Assembly: GCA_937911795.1 (NCBI GenBank)
Contig: CALDPJ010000412.1
Coordinates: 1-32,514 of the forward strand
Source: an uncultured Flavobacteriales bacterium
GTDB taxonomy: Bacteria > Bacteroidota > Bacteroidia > Flavobacteriales_D > SKUL01
Length of the DNA stretch: 32,514 nt
Direction of reading: 5' to 3'
The position numbers and the translations under genes are program-made. Positions 23,600 to 32,416 of this stretch are shown piece after piece. Numbering within the stretch: the stretch's first letter is position 1; every line of letters starts with the position of its first letter. Below the pieces are notes generated by a model that was not told the origin of the DNA, did no database searches, and saw only the letters and a program-made list of their open reading frames with translations.

Positions 23600-25009
23600 C
23601 TATTTTTCATAAGCCCCGACATCCGGAGTAGCGGATCTGGAATGGCCTAAAATATCCTGGATTACGTTCGGATTGCCTAAGCTTACATTTCCAATATCCT
23701 TCATCGCCGATGTGCTCCACCAGTCGAAATCATAAGCGGCAATATCTTTAAACTGCGGATCCTGATTGAATACATTGAAGCTATAAACCGAATTATTCTC
23801 AGCAGTTTCTTTCTTTATTAAGCAATTTCGAATATCAAAATTTAAAGTAGTGCCACTGAGCGTGTCCAATACAATTTCGGTGTTCTGGTTGCCATAGATC
23901 ACACAATTATAAAGATTTCCCTTCGTAATTGGTGCAATTGTATTTACGCCATTTTGAATAAAATAATTACTTATCCCAACTGCCGGAGTTTCATTATCCG
24001 AAGCATAGCCCAGTAAATGACATTGATTGAATTCAAAATCCCCACCTCCTAATACTAATAGACTGTGAAATCCATTTTTAGAAATAATGCAATTTTCTGC
24101 CCGCACCTTTCCTCCGTCGAAAATAAATACCCCGTATCGCGCGCAGTTTTGAATGATACTGTTCTTTAATTCCAGCGTAAATCCGGAGTTTGAAGGATCT
24201 TCAGAGTAAACATGGATGCCCGCAGTAGCGTTTTTAAGCTTCAGATAATTGATGCTCGAAGGAAGTGCTTTGTTGAAATAGATGCCGTAATACTGTCCTG
24301 AAACGTCGTCATACTCACTTTCCAGCCTGTCACCTTCAATAGTCACCTCATTATTCAGTGTGCCTTCTATATTTAAAGTTCCTTTGTAAACCTGCAGCAT
24401 ACTATTCTTGTGAAGATAAATTTTGGTATTCGGTTGAATGGTAAGTGTTTTTGCAGAATCGACAAATGCATAGTTGTAGATCACATGAGGTTTATCATTA
24501 GGCCAAATGCCCTCGTTGAGGTCTAAACTGTCGTTGGCAAGGTCGCTGTAGTGGAAATATGCATCCTGCCCCCACACCACAAGGGTGACGATTTGTTCCT
24601 TTCCGTTTGTTGTGAACCGGATCTTATCTTCCACGATCATTGGCAGGTTTTGACCGTTTACGTTTAATGTTGCTTCCACAAAAATGTAAAGACTGTCCTT
24701 TCCGTCCATTTCGATATCGGAGAACGTAGTTCCGGTTAAGCCGTCAACATTTATTCGAAAAGGAGAATTTGCTCCTCCAAGAAGTTCAATTTTTGAAACA
24801 TTAATCGGACGCGAATCTTTATTGTAAAATTTAAAATGTTTAGTTGTAGTTCCGATAGTTGTGAAAACCGTGTCAAAGACCAGTGTATCGGTAGAGAAAT
24901 CAAGAGCTGCAGTGCCGAATGACAGTTTTTTCTTACAACTGGAGTTGAGGCCTAAAATCAGACTACAAGAAATTATTAAACAGAGGTAAATATATTTCAC
25001 GGAAAACAA
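23600..25009 (-). CDS. Lipoprotein with an N-terminal Ig-like (ASH/DUF1573-like) module and a right-handed parallel beta-helix region
   Basis: The signal/lipobox is ...LILGLNSSCKKK. The N-terminal stretch LVFDTVFTTIGTTTKHFKFYNKDSRPINVSKIELLGGANSPFRINV resembles the DUF1573/ASH beta-sandwich pattern. The C-terminal two-thirds has PbH1-like repeats (NSIIQNCARYGVFIFDGG, AENCIISKNGFHSL, LYNCVIYGNQNTEI, IRNCLIKK). The start is TTG 25009 or GTG 25000. Confidence 0.65.
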   Translation of the reverse strand: MFSVKYIYLCLIISCSLILGLNSSCKKKLSFGTAALDFSTDTLVFDTVFTTIGTTTKHFKFYNKDSRPINVSKIELLGGANSPFRINVDGLTGTTFSDIEMDGKDSLYIFVEATLNVNGQNLPMIVEDKIRFTTNGKEQIVTLVVWGQDAYFHYSDLANDSLDLNEGIWPNDKPHVIYNYAFVDSAKTLTIQPNTKIYLHKNSMLQVYKGTLNIEGTLNNEVTIEGDRLESEYDDVSGQYYGIYFNKALPSSINYLKLKNATAGIHVYSEDPSNSGFTLELKNSIIQNCARYGVFIFDGGKVRAENCIISKNGFHSLLVLGGGDFEFNQCHLLGYASDNETPAVGISNYFIQNGVNTIAPITKGNLYNCVIYGNQNTEIVLDTLSGTTLNFDIRNCLIKKETAENNSVYSFNVFNQDPQFKDIAAYDFDWWSTSAMKDIGNVSLGNPNVIQDILGHSRSATPDVGAYEK

Positions 25010-25086
25010 GTTAACTTTGTGCTAGAACGCAAAGGTGGCGATAAATATTTTAATTTAAAAAATTGAATGTTTTTAAAATTAATTTC

Positions 25087-25094
25087 ATAACTTT
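25087..25094 (+). promoter_or_regulatory. Candidate -7 box (TAACTTTG) for rpmE
   Basis: A perfect TAnnTTTG 62 nt upstream of ATG 25157. Confidence 0.45.
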
Positions 25095-25120
25095 GCACCC
25101 GCTTACCAAAAGGAGGCGCT

Positions 25121-25138
25121 CATGAAAATTGAGGATTA
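25121..25138 (+). promoter_or_regulatory. Candidate 5-codon leader uORF (MKIED*) preceded by a GGAGG Shine-Dalgarno-like element
   Basis: AAAAGGAGGCGCTC-ATG AAA ATT GAG GAT TAG. The GGAGG at 25111..25115 lies 5 nt upstream of the ATG. The uORF ends 18 nt before the L31 ATG. Confidence 0.25.
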
Positions 25139-25156
25139 GCTTTAAAAAAACATCAA

Positions 25157-25414
25157 ATGAAAAAAGATATACATCCGGAAGATTACAGATTAGTTGTATT
25201 TAAAGACATGACTAATGAATATAGCTTTGTTTGCAAGTCAAGCGCTGCTACCACTGAAACTATCGAATGGGAAGATGGAAATGAATATCCTTTAGTGAAA
25301 TTGGATATCTCTTACAAATCTCATCCTTTCTTTACAGGAATTACACAATTCGTGGATACAGCAGGTCGAATCGATAAATTTAAGAATCGTTACGGTCGCC
25401 ATACTAAGAAATAA
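25157..25414 (+). CDS. rpmE: 50S ribosomal protein L31, type B (no CxxC zinc motif)
   Basis: MKKDIHPEDY...SHPFFTG... in an 85-aa protein with a C-terminal extension and only one Cys. This indicates the zinc-independent type B form. Confidence 0.93.
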   Translation: MKKDIHPEDYRLVVFKDMTNEYSFVCKSSAATTETIEWEDGNEYPLVKLDISYKSHPFFTGITQFVDTAGRIDKFKNRYGRHTKK

Positions 25415-25434
25415 TTATTCTCAAAATATTATTG

Positions 25435-25470
25435 AAGCCTTCATATTTTTTTATGGAGGCTTTTATTGTT
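25435..25470 (+). terminator. Intrinsic terminator after rpmE
   Basis: AAGCCTTCAT-T7 loop-ATGGAGGCTT forms a 10-bp stem with one G:U pair. It is followed by TTATTGTT. Confidence 0.7.
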
Positions 25471-25482
25471 TATATACGGCAG

Positions 25483-25490
25483 TATTTTTG
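25483..25490 (+). promoter_or_regulatory. Candidate -7 box (TATTTTTG) for the WG-repeat operon
   Basis: A perfect TAnnTTTG 61 nt upstream of ATG 25552. Confidence 0.4.
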
Positions 25491-25551
25491 CAGTAATCCA
25501 AACATTCGATATATTTTTACGTATTCATAATTATTAAGAAGAAGTTCGATC

Positions 25552-27654
25552 ATGCGGAATATTATTGTAGTATTTTCTTTATTTATATCCTCAACGCTTT
25601 TCGCCGGAAAAATTGAAAAGGCTTTCGAAGCACTTGCCGAATACGATTATTTCCGTGCCAAAGAATTATTTATCAAAAAGATCAAAAAATATCCTTCGGC
25701 ATCGGCATTCGGTCTGGCAACTATTTATTCCCGCAACGACAATCCCTTTTATTCCCTCGATTCAGCCTATCGTTACATTGTGATAAGCCAGTCCACTTTT
25801 CCTGAACTGAAAGAGAAGAAAGTTGAAAAATGGTCAGAATACGGATTTTCCATTCAGGCCATAGAGCAATTGAGACAGCAGATCAGTTCAGAGTTTTATC
25901 TTCAGGCTAAAACATCAAATGAAATTTCACGCTTAACTGAATTCATCGAAAAGCATCCATGGGCAAACGAAATTTCGGTAGCGACCGAGCTCAGGGATTC
26001 TCTCGCTTATGAATTAGCGGATAATGCGGGAACTACACTTGCATTTTCGGCATTTCTCAATACCTATCCAAACAGCACCTTGAAAGAGCGTGCTACCGCT
26101 GCATTTTACCTTGCAGAATACCGTGAACAAACTCCCAATGGCACTTTACTCGAATATATAACCTTTCGTAAAAACTATTCTCAAAATCCGCATTTCAATG
26201 ATGCCGGAAATCGAATTTATGAAATTGTAACCGCACCCAATACTATTGAGGCATATAAGCGCTTCATCGAATCTTATCCGGATAACGCCAATGTGAACAA
26301 TGCGTGGCGTAAGCTGTATCAGCTTTATATGTACGATTATACAGATGAGCGCGTCGCGGAGTTTGAAGCTGAATTTCCTCAATATCCCTTTAAGGAAGAT
26401 ATTAAAAAAGATCTGGATCTGATGTCTCTGCAACTGATCCCGTATAAGGAAGGTATCCGCTTCGGTTGGATGAATCTTTCCGGAATTCCGTATAGCGCCG
26501 CGACTTACGAATACCTCGGTTTTTTTAAAGAAGGATTGGCTTTGGCTGCTAAAAACGGTAAATACGGCTATGTAAATAAGGACGATGAAGTGGTAATTGA
26601 TTTTCAGTACGATTCGGGAACGGATTTCGAAGACGGGCGCGCTGTGGTTGAAAAGAATGGAAAATCCGGAATAATTGACCGGACAGGGGAGGAGATCCTT
26701 CCACTTGAATTTGAAGATATCGGTACCTTTTCTGAAACCCTGATCTACGGAAAAAAAGATAGTCTTTATGCATATTATGATAAATTCGGACGCCAGCGAA
26801 TTCCGGAGAAATTTGAGGAAGCATTTGCTTTTCAGAAAAAAATGGCAAAAGTAGTGGTGGACGGAAAAGAAACATTTATTGACGTTTTTGGAAATTACAT
26901 TTTCCCACCGGAATATGAATCGCTTGAGTTTTTCAGGGATTCCATGCTGATCTTTAGTGAGGACGGATTGTATGGAATTATTTCTTTAAAAGGAAATATC
27001 ATTCGCGAAGCAGAATTTGATCAGATCGGAGATCTCATTGAAAACCGGGCCTTGTTTGTGCAGGACGATAAAATTGGTTATATCGATCAGAATGCTGAAA
27101 CAGTGATCGCAGCGAATTACGAAATTTATCCCAATTTCCTGGAATACGGATCTTTTCAGGCCTCCCGTGCCATTGTAAAGCAAAAAGATAAATACGGAAT
27201 AATTGATCCCGATGGAAAAGTCATTGTACCATTTATTTATACAGAAATGGGCGGATTCGGGGAATTAATCGCTGTTTCCAAAGGAAAAGGCTTCGGATTT
27301 ATTGATAAGAAAAATAAGCTCGTTATACCATATTCCTACGATTTTGCGGAAAGTTTTGGGAATGGTCTGGCCAGAGTTGAACAATTGACTCAGCTCGGTA
27401 TGATCAATGAAAAAAATGAGTTGGTAATTCCCGCTTCTTTCACAGAGATCACTCCACTAACGAACGAATTTTTCCTTGTCGGAAACGGTGCCCGAAAAGG
27501 TTTGTATGATTCTTCCGGTAAACTTTTAGCACCGGTTCAATATCAAACGATCCGTCAGATGAACTCAAATTTTATTGTTTTGTCAACACCCGAAAATCTT
27601 TCGTATTTTTATATTCCCGAAAGAAGGATTATTGAACTAAAAGGGGATGAATAA
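25552..27654 (+). CDS. Secreted WG-repeat (KWG-type) protein with an N-terminal helical-repeat domain
   Basis: A signal peptide is present. About five helical repeats fit the pattern F...YP(N/D)....A (FIEKHPWANE, FLNTYPNSTL, FRKNYSQNPH, FIESYPDNAN, FEAEFPQYPF). From about aa 300 onward there are roughly 9-10 tandem units of the type GKYGYVNKDDEVVIDFQYD / GKSGIIDRTGEEILPLEFEDI / DKYGIIDPDGKVIVPFIYTEM, which is the WG beta-repeat family. Confidence 0.8.
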   Translation: MRNIIVVFSLFISSTLFAGKIEKAFEALAEYDYFRAKELFIKKIKKYPSASAFGLATIYSRNDNPFYSLDSAYRYIVISQSTFPELKEKKVEKWSEYGFSIQAIEQLRQQISSEFYLQAKTSNEISRLTEFIEKHPWANEISVATELRDSLAYELADNAGTTLAFSAFLNTYPNSTLKERATAAFYLAEYREQTPNGTLLEYITFRKNYSQNPHFNDAGNRIYEIVTAPNTIEAYKRFIESYPDNANVNNAWRKLYQLYMYDYTDERVAEFEAEFPQYPFKEDIKKDLDLMSLQLIPYKEGIRFGWMNLSGIPYSAATYEYLGFFKEGLALAAKNGKYGYVNKDDEVVIDFQYDSGTDFEDGRAVVEKNGKSGIIDRTGEEILPLEFEDIGTFSETLIYGKKDSLYAYYDKFGRQRIPEKFEEAFAFQKKMAKVVVDGKETFIDVFGNYIFPPEYESLEFFRDSMLIFSEDGLYGIISLKGNIIREAEFDQIGDLIENRALFVQDDKIGYIDQNAETVIAANYEIYPNFLEYGSFQASRAIVKQKDKYGIIDPDGKVIVPFIYTEMGGFGELIAVSKGKGFGFIDKKNKLVIPYSYDFAESFGNGLARVEQLTQLGMINEKNELVIPASFTEITPLTNEFFLVGNGARKGLYDSSGKLLAPVQYQTIRQMNSNFIVLSTPENLSYFYIPERRIIELKGDE

Positions 27655-28417
27655 ATTTTTTGATTTTCTGGATAAATACAAATACGGATTGTTCGGTGCA
27701 ATTGCCGTGTATGTCTTTGTTTTCTCATATCTCACTATTGGAAGTTATGAGCATTATTATCCCATCACACCTTTTTTTGAAGGACCAACCTTAGAAGTGC
27801 CGGAAGAAATTGAGCTTCAGGCTGAAAATATTGATGTCGCAAACATGAATGAGCCGGTTAAAAACGTGGTTCGCGACAGAAATGATACCCGAAAGCAAAG
27901 TGATGAAAACTGGAGCCAGAATAAATCGAGCTCTAAGGATGTAGAGCAGCAGGTAAAAGATCTGGAGCAACAATTCAAGGATGAATCCGGGGGAGAAGCA
28001 AAACGCGCACAAATTCAGCAAAAAATAGATCAGCTAAATAAAGAGCGCGAAGAGGCAAAGAAGAAAAAAAATAACTCCAAAGATAAAGCCAATAATACCG
28101 GTGGAGATAATGCTCCAAAGGGCAGAACCATGGTTGACTTTGAGCTCAGCGGACGAACAGCTCATGAAAATAATAACTGGCACATCAGGAATCCGGGTTA
28201 TACTTGTCCTCAGGGTTCTGCTGGTCAGGTGGTCGTTAGAGTTAAAGTGGATCAAAGCGGTTCAGTAAGCAGCGTTTCAGTAGAATCTTCCAACGGAGCT
28301 AATTCCTGTATGATCGAACAGGCTTTGAAGTACGCGAGAATTAGCCGCTTTAATTATTCAGGCTCTGCTCCTAAAACTCAGGAAGGCTTTATTTACTATA
28401 CATTCGTGTCTAATTGA
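27647..28417 (+). CDS. Membrane-anchored protein with a Lys/Glu-rich linker and a TonB-C-terminal-like domain
   Basis: There is an N-terminal TM (LFGAIAVYVFVFSYLTIG) and a charged coiled linker (EQQVKDLEQQFKDE...KKKKNNSKDK). The C-terminal GQVVVRVKVDQSGSVSSVSVESS...IEQALKYARISRFNYS...GFIYYTF resembles the TonB_C fold pattern. The gene overlaps the WG-repeat gene by 8 nt. Confidence 0.6.
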   Translation: MNKFFDFLDKYKYGLFGAIAVYVFVFSYLTIGSYEHYYPITPFFEGPTLEVPEEIELQAENIDVANMNEPVKNVVRDRNDTRKQSDENWSQNKSSSKDVEQQVKDLEQQFKDESGGEAKRAQIQQKIDQLNKEREEAKKKKNNSKDKANNTGGDNAPKGRTMVDFELSGRTAHENNNWHIRNPGYTCPQGSAGQVVVRVKVDQSGSVSSVSVESSNGANSCMIEQALKYARISRFNYSGSAPKTQEGFIYYTFVSN

Positions 28418-28426
28418 TTATTATTT

Positions 28427-29326
28427 GTGCGAAATTTCATCCGGAAAATAACACCCGATTTCTTACTCCATTTCTATCGTACCTATAAAAAGGAAAAGCG
28501 CAAGCACGAGCTCAAAAAGCAAATGGAATCCGGAAAAGTGATCAGCAAGGAAAAGCTGAAATCAGATCTGAGCGCTGCGGGAATTAAATCCGGTGATTCC
28601 GTTTTGGTTCATTCTTCCATGTCGCGCATTGGTTTTCTTGAAAATGGTCCTCAGACGTTCATTGAAGCTTTAATAGAAACTGTTGGAGAAAGCGGAAACA
28701 TACTGATGCCAAATTCTCCTAATGCGTCTTTTCAGGAAGAGTACATACAAAACCTCGAAATTTTTGATGTATTGGAAGATAGATCCGCACTTGGGGCAAT
28801 AACGGAGGCTTTTCGGACATATCCGGGAGCGGTTCGTTCCGCACACCCAACTGAACCTGTTTCTGCATACGGACCATTGAAAGAATATTTCACAGAAGGA
28901 CATTTCGGTGAATTAACGCCTTACACTGAAAAAAGCCCCTATTTTCGACTGGCTGAAACGAAGGGTAAAATTCTATATGTTGGAGTTACGCTCGCAAATG
29001 CCGGAACCAGCTTGCATTTATTGGAAGATCACATTGGAGATTCTTTTCCCGATCCGGTGTACAGTTCTCAGATCTATAATGTAAAGATCCGGCATGCTGA
29101 TGGTTCGATAAAAAGCATGCAAACAAAAGTGCACAATCCTGCTCAAAGCAAATTGAGAAAATGCGACGAATTAATTCCGCATTTCATTGAAAGCGGATCG
29201 ATGGAAGAAGTGAAAATAGGAAATGCTGATTGTCTTGTAACGGATTCAAAAAAAATGCTGGACACGATGATCAAACTTTTTGAAGAGAAAAAAGTGACGA
29301 TGTATAAACCCAATGGGTATAAATAA
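28427..29326 (+). CDS. AAC(3)-family N-acetyltransferase (aminoglycoside 3-N-acetyltransferase-like)
   Basis: [45 protein letters not shown], ...[28 protein letters not shown]... and ...[20 protein letters not shown]... match the Antibiotic_NAT pattern. The GTG start lies 9 nt after the preceding stop; an alternative ATG is at 28523. Confidence 0.75.
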   Translation: MRNFIRKITPDFLLHFYRTYKKEKRKHELKKQMESGKVISKEKLKSDLSAAGIKSGDSVLVHSSMSRIGFLENGPQTFIEALIETVGESGNILMPNSPNASFQEEYIQNLEIFDVLEDRSALGAITEAFRTYPGAVRSAHPTEPVSAYGPLKEYFTEGHFGELTPYTEKSPYFRLAETKGKILYVGVTLANAGTSLHLLEDHIGDSFPDPVYSSQIYNVKIRHADGSIKSMQTKVHNPAQSKLRKCDELIPHFIESGSMEEVKIGNADCLVTDSKKMLDTMIKLFEEKKVTMYKPNGYK

Positions 29327-29370
29327 ACGCTAAGGAATTCTTATATTTACAATCAAAAAAATTCAATATA

Positions 29371-30192
29371 ATGTCAAAACGAAACTGGACGTCCATTAAG
29401 AAATATGAAGATATCCGATTCGAATTTTTCGAAGGAATTGGAAAAATAACGATCAACAGACCTAAGGTTTACAATGCTTTTCGTCCTGAAACTAATATGG
29501 AAATGCTTGACGCAATGGAAATTTGTCGTGAGCGTGGAGATATTGGTGTAATCGTTTTTACCGGTGAAGGCGATAAGGCTTTTTGTTCGGGTGGCGATCA
29601 GAATGTAAAAGGTGTTGGTGGTTATATTTCTGAAAATGGTGTTCCAAGATTAAATGTTTTGGATTTGCATAAAGCGATTCGCTCCATTCCTAAACCGGTT
29701 ATTGCAATGGTAAATGGCTACGCAATTGGCGGCGGACATGTACTTCATGTAGTTTGTGATCTAACGATTGCTTCTGACAATGCAATTTTCGGTCAGACTG
29801 GTCCTAAAGTTGGAAGCTTTGATGCCGGTTTTGGCTCATCTTATCTGGCACGTCACGTCGGTCAAAAGAAAGCTCGTGAAATCTGGTTTACCTGCAATCA
29901 ATATACTGCCGACGAAGCGGAAAAAATGGGAATGGTGAATAAAGTTGTTCCTTTGGCTGAGCTGGAAGACGTAACTGTTGACTGGTGCAAAACTATACTG
30001 AAACGAAGCCCGATGGCACTGCGAATGATCAAACGAGGTTTGAACGCCGAATTGGATGGTCAGCGTGGATTGATGGAATTCGCAGGCGATGCCACTTTAA
30101 TGTATTATTTAATGGAAGAGGCTCAGGAAGGCAAAAATGCATTTCTTGAAAAACGTGAGCCGGACTTTCAGAAATTTCCAAAATTCCCTTGA
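29371..30192 (+). CDS. menB: 1,4-dihydroxy-2-naphthoyl-CoA synthase
   Basis: A crotonase fold with MenB-typical motifs: YEDIRFE...[38 protein letters not shown], and C-terminal ...[14 protein letters not shown]. Confidence 0.92.
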   Translation: MSKRNWTSIKKYEDIRFEFFEGIGKITINRPKVYNAFRPETNMEMLDAMEICRERGDIGVIVFTGEGDKAFCSGGDQNVKGVGGYISENGVPRLNVLDLHKAIRSIPKPVIAMVNGYAIGGGHVLHVVCDLTIASDNAIFGQTGPKVGSFDAGFGSSYLARHVGQKKAREIWFTCNQYTADEAEKMGMVNKVVPLAELEDVTVDWCKTILKRSPMALRMIKRGLNAELDGQRGLMEFAGDATLMYYLMEEAQEGKNAFLEKREPDFQKFPKFP

Positions 30193-31181
30193 TGCAAAAA
30201 TTCAAAATCCCTTCCTTACTGCTGCTTGTTGCGGCGTTTTTCTACTTCAGTTCGTTTACTGGCAGTGAGTTTCAAAATACTGATAAAAAACGGATTGTTC
30301 AGCCTGAACGGGAATTTAAGGCCGAATATGTCGTGGTATTTATAATAGATGGCCCCCGATATTCCGAAACATATGGTGACTCCGGTAGGGTGAATATTCC
30401 CTACATGAACACACAATTGTTGCCTCAGGCTGCATTTGTCGATAACTTCCGGAACAATGGCTCCACTTTCACGATTGCAGGTCATGCGGCGATTAGCACA
30501 GGTCGTTATCATCGCTTGTCGAATGACGGAACTCAACTTCCTAAATATCCTTCGATGTTTCAGCAATTTCTGGCTCAAAAGAATTTACCTGCCGAACAGG
30601 CCTGGATCATTGCCAGCAAAGGTAAATTGAATGTAATCGGGCAAACCAGAGATAAGAAATGGAAAGATAAACATTTACCAATGACTTACTGTGGTCCCGG
30701 AGGAAATAACGCCGGCTATGGTTACGATGCTGAAACTTACGAAAAGTCTATTGAAATTCTGAAAAAACACCATCCAAAGCTTGTGCTGATCAATATGCTT
30801 GACGTGGACTCATGGGCGCATGCAAATAATTGGGAGCGCTACATTAAAGGTATTCGCGATACAGATAAGCTCGCTTATGATATGTGGAATTTCATTCAGT
30901 CTGATTCCGTTTACAAGGACAAAACTGCGATGTTTATCACCAATGATCATGGAAGACACCTCGATGGTGTGAAAAATGGTTTTGTGAGTCACGGTGGTGG
31001 CTGCGAAGGCTGCAGACGCATGACACTTATTGCTTTGGGGCCTGATTTCAAGCAAAATTATCTGTGCACCAAACAATACGAGCAAATTGACATAAGCGCA
31101 ACTATTGCAAAAATTCTCGAATTTGAAGTTCCGCACTCGAAAGGAAAATTTATGAGCGATTTGTTTATCGGGACGGATTAA
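30192..31181 (+). CDS. Exported alkaline-phosphatase-superfamily protein (nucleotide pyrophosphatase/phosphodiesterase-like)
   Basis: A signal peptide is present. The metal/nucleophile motifs have AP-superfamily spacing: VVFIIDGPRY, TIAGHAAISTG, LDVDSWAH and ITNDHGRH. The ATG overlaps the menB stop (TGATG). Confidence 0.6.
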   Translation: MQKFKIPSLLLLVAAFFYFSSFTGSEFQNTDKKRIVQPEREFKAEYVVVFIIDGPRYSETYGDSGRVNIPYMNTQLLPQAAFVDNFRNNGSTFTIAGHAAISTGRYHRLSNDGTQLPKYPSMFQQFLAQKNLPAEQAWIIASKGKLNVIGQTRDKKWKDKHLPMTYCGPGGNNAGYGYDAETYEKSIEILKKHHPKLVLINMLDVDSWAHANNWERYIKGIRDTDKLAYDMWNFIQSDSVYKDKTAMFITNDHGRHLDGVKNGFVSHGGGCEGCRRMTLIALGPDFKQNYLCTKQYEQIDISATIAKILEFEVPHSKGKFMSDLFIGTD

Positions 31182-31243
31182 GGTCGCGAAGATATTGCCG
31201 GATTGATTTTTCTTTGTAATTTATAACGCGTAGACAAATTATT

Positions 31244-32410
31244 ATGCCGGAAAAAATATCGGGAGAGCTAAGTTCTTCCCAAATTGAAATATTGACCAGG
31301 ACCAGAAGGAAATTACATCAGATTGCCGAGGTTTCGGGCCTGGAATCGCGGACGGCTGCCTTTATTGTTGATTTTCTGAAGGCTTTTGCTCCTGATGAAT
31401 TAATTCCAAATGTGGGCGGAAGCGGAATATTAGCCGTTTATAACGGTTCACAAACGGGTAAACGACTCCTTTTTCGCGCGGAGCTTGATGCCTTACCAAT
31501 CCGGGAGATAAATACTTTTGCCCACGCCTCAGAAACACCGGGAGTTTCCCATAAATGCGGACACGACGGTCACATGGCCTGTTTGCTTGGTCTGGCAATT
31601 ATCCTTTCTCAAAAACGTCCGGAAAAAGGCTCTGTCGTTTTGTTATTTCAACCCGCAGAAGAAAATGGCGAAGGAGCCAAGGCTATGCTCAATGATCCTA
31701 AATTCGAACCGATAAACCCGGATTTCGTTTTCGCTTTTCATAATTTACCGGGATACAAATTAAACAAGCTAATCTTCAAGTCGGGTTCATTTACGGCTTC
31801 GGTAAAAAGTATTGTCCTGCGCTTTGAAGGTAAAACAGCTCATGCCGCAGAGCCGGAAAATGGTTTGAACCCTTCTGAGTCGATGACCGATTTTCTAAGT
31901 AAAATCCGATTATTTAGCAATAATGATCCGACGAGATCTGATTTTAAACTTATAACGATCGTTCATGTAAATATTGGCGATCTGGCTTATGGGATTTCTG
32001 CCGGATATGGAGAAATACACCTCACCGTGCGCGCCTGGAATGAAAAACACATGACCGGGCTAGTGGATGATATTTTACGAGAATTCCGGATAACAGAGGA
32101 GCAATCAGAACTAAAATGCAGCCATTATTTTCTTCAGGAATTTGCGGCTAATGAAAATGACGATGCGACATTGCAACTTTTACTAAGATCTGTTGAAACT
32201 TCCGGTTTGGAAGCCGAAGAACGCGCTTATCCTTTTAAATGGGGTGAGGATTTCGGAATCATGACAACAGAATTTAAGGGCTGTATGTTTGGACTGGGTT
32301 CAGGAGAACATCAGCCTGCGCTTCATAATCCGGATTATGATTTTCCTGATGAATTAATTCCTAAAGGAATTGCGATTTTCACATCCATTATTAAAAACCA
32401 ACTGAATTAA
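31244..32410 (+). CDS. M20-family amidohydrolase (M20D, N-acyl-amino-acid / hippurate hydrolase-like)
   Basis: Motifs ...LLFRAELDALPI..., HKCGHDGH, LLFQPAEENGEGA and ...HNPDYDF... are typical of the M20D amidohydrolase subfamily. Confidence 0.82.
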   Translation: MPEKISGELSSSQIEILTRTRRKLHQIAEVSGLESRTAAFIVDFLKAFAPDELIPNVGGSGILAVYNGSQTGKRLLFRAELDALPIREINTFAHASETPGVSHKCGHDGHMACLLGLAIILSQKRPEKGSVVLLFQPAEENGEGAKAMLNDPKFEPINPDFVFAFHNLPGYKLNKLIFKSGSFTASVKSIVLRFEGKTAHAAEPENGLNPSESMTDFLSKIRLFSNNDPTRSDFKLITIVHVNIGDLAYGISAGYGEIHLTVRAWNEKHMTGLVDDILREFRITEEQSELKCSHYFLQEFAANENDDATLQLLLRSVETSGLEAEERAYPFKWGEDFGIMTTEFKGCMFGLGSGEHQPALHNPDYDFPDELIPKGIAIFTSIIKNQLN

Positions 32411-32416
32411 AAAAAT

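Noticed and set aside
25010-25156. A Zur or other metal-regulator box upstream of type-B L31, since C-minus L31 paralogs are zinc-regulated in many bacteria.
   Set aside because: The region is AT-rich (TTTTAATTTAAAAAATTGAATGTTTTTAAAATTAATTT), but I could not find a convincing palindrome. This may be the only L31 copy in the genome and therefore constitutive.
28427-29326. The AAC(3)-family gene as an acquired aminoglycoside-resistance cassette or integron remnant.
   Set aside because: There are no flanking attC-like repeats, integrase or IS elements. Its composition and leader style resemble the neighbouring genes, and it is tightly packed into a local operon. It is treated as an intrinsic family member of unknown substrate.
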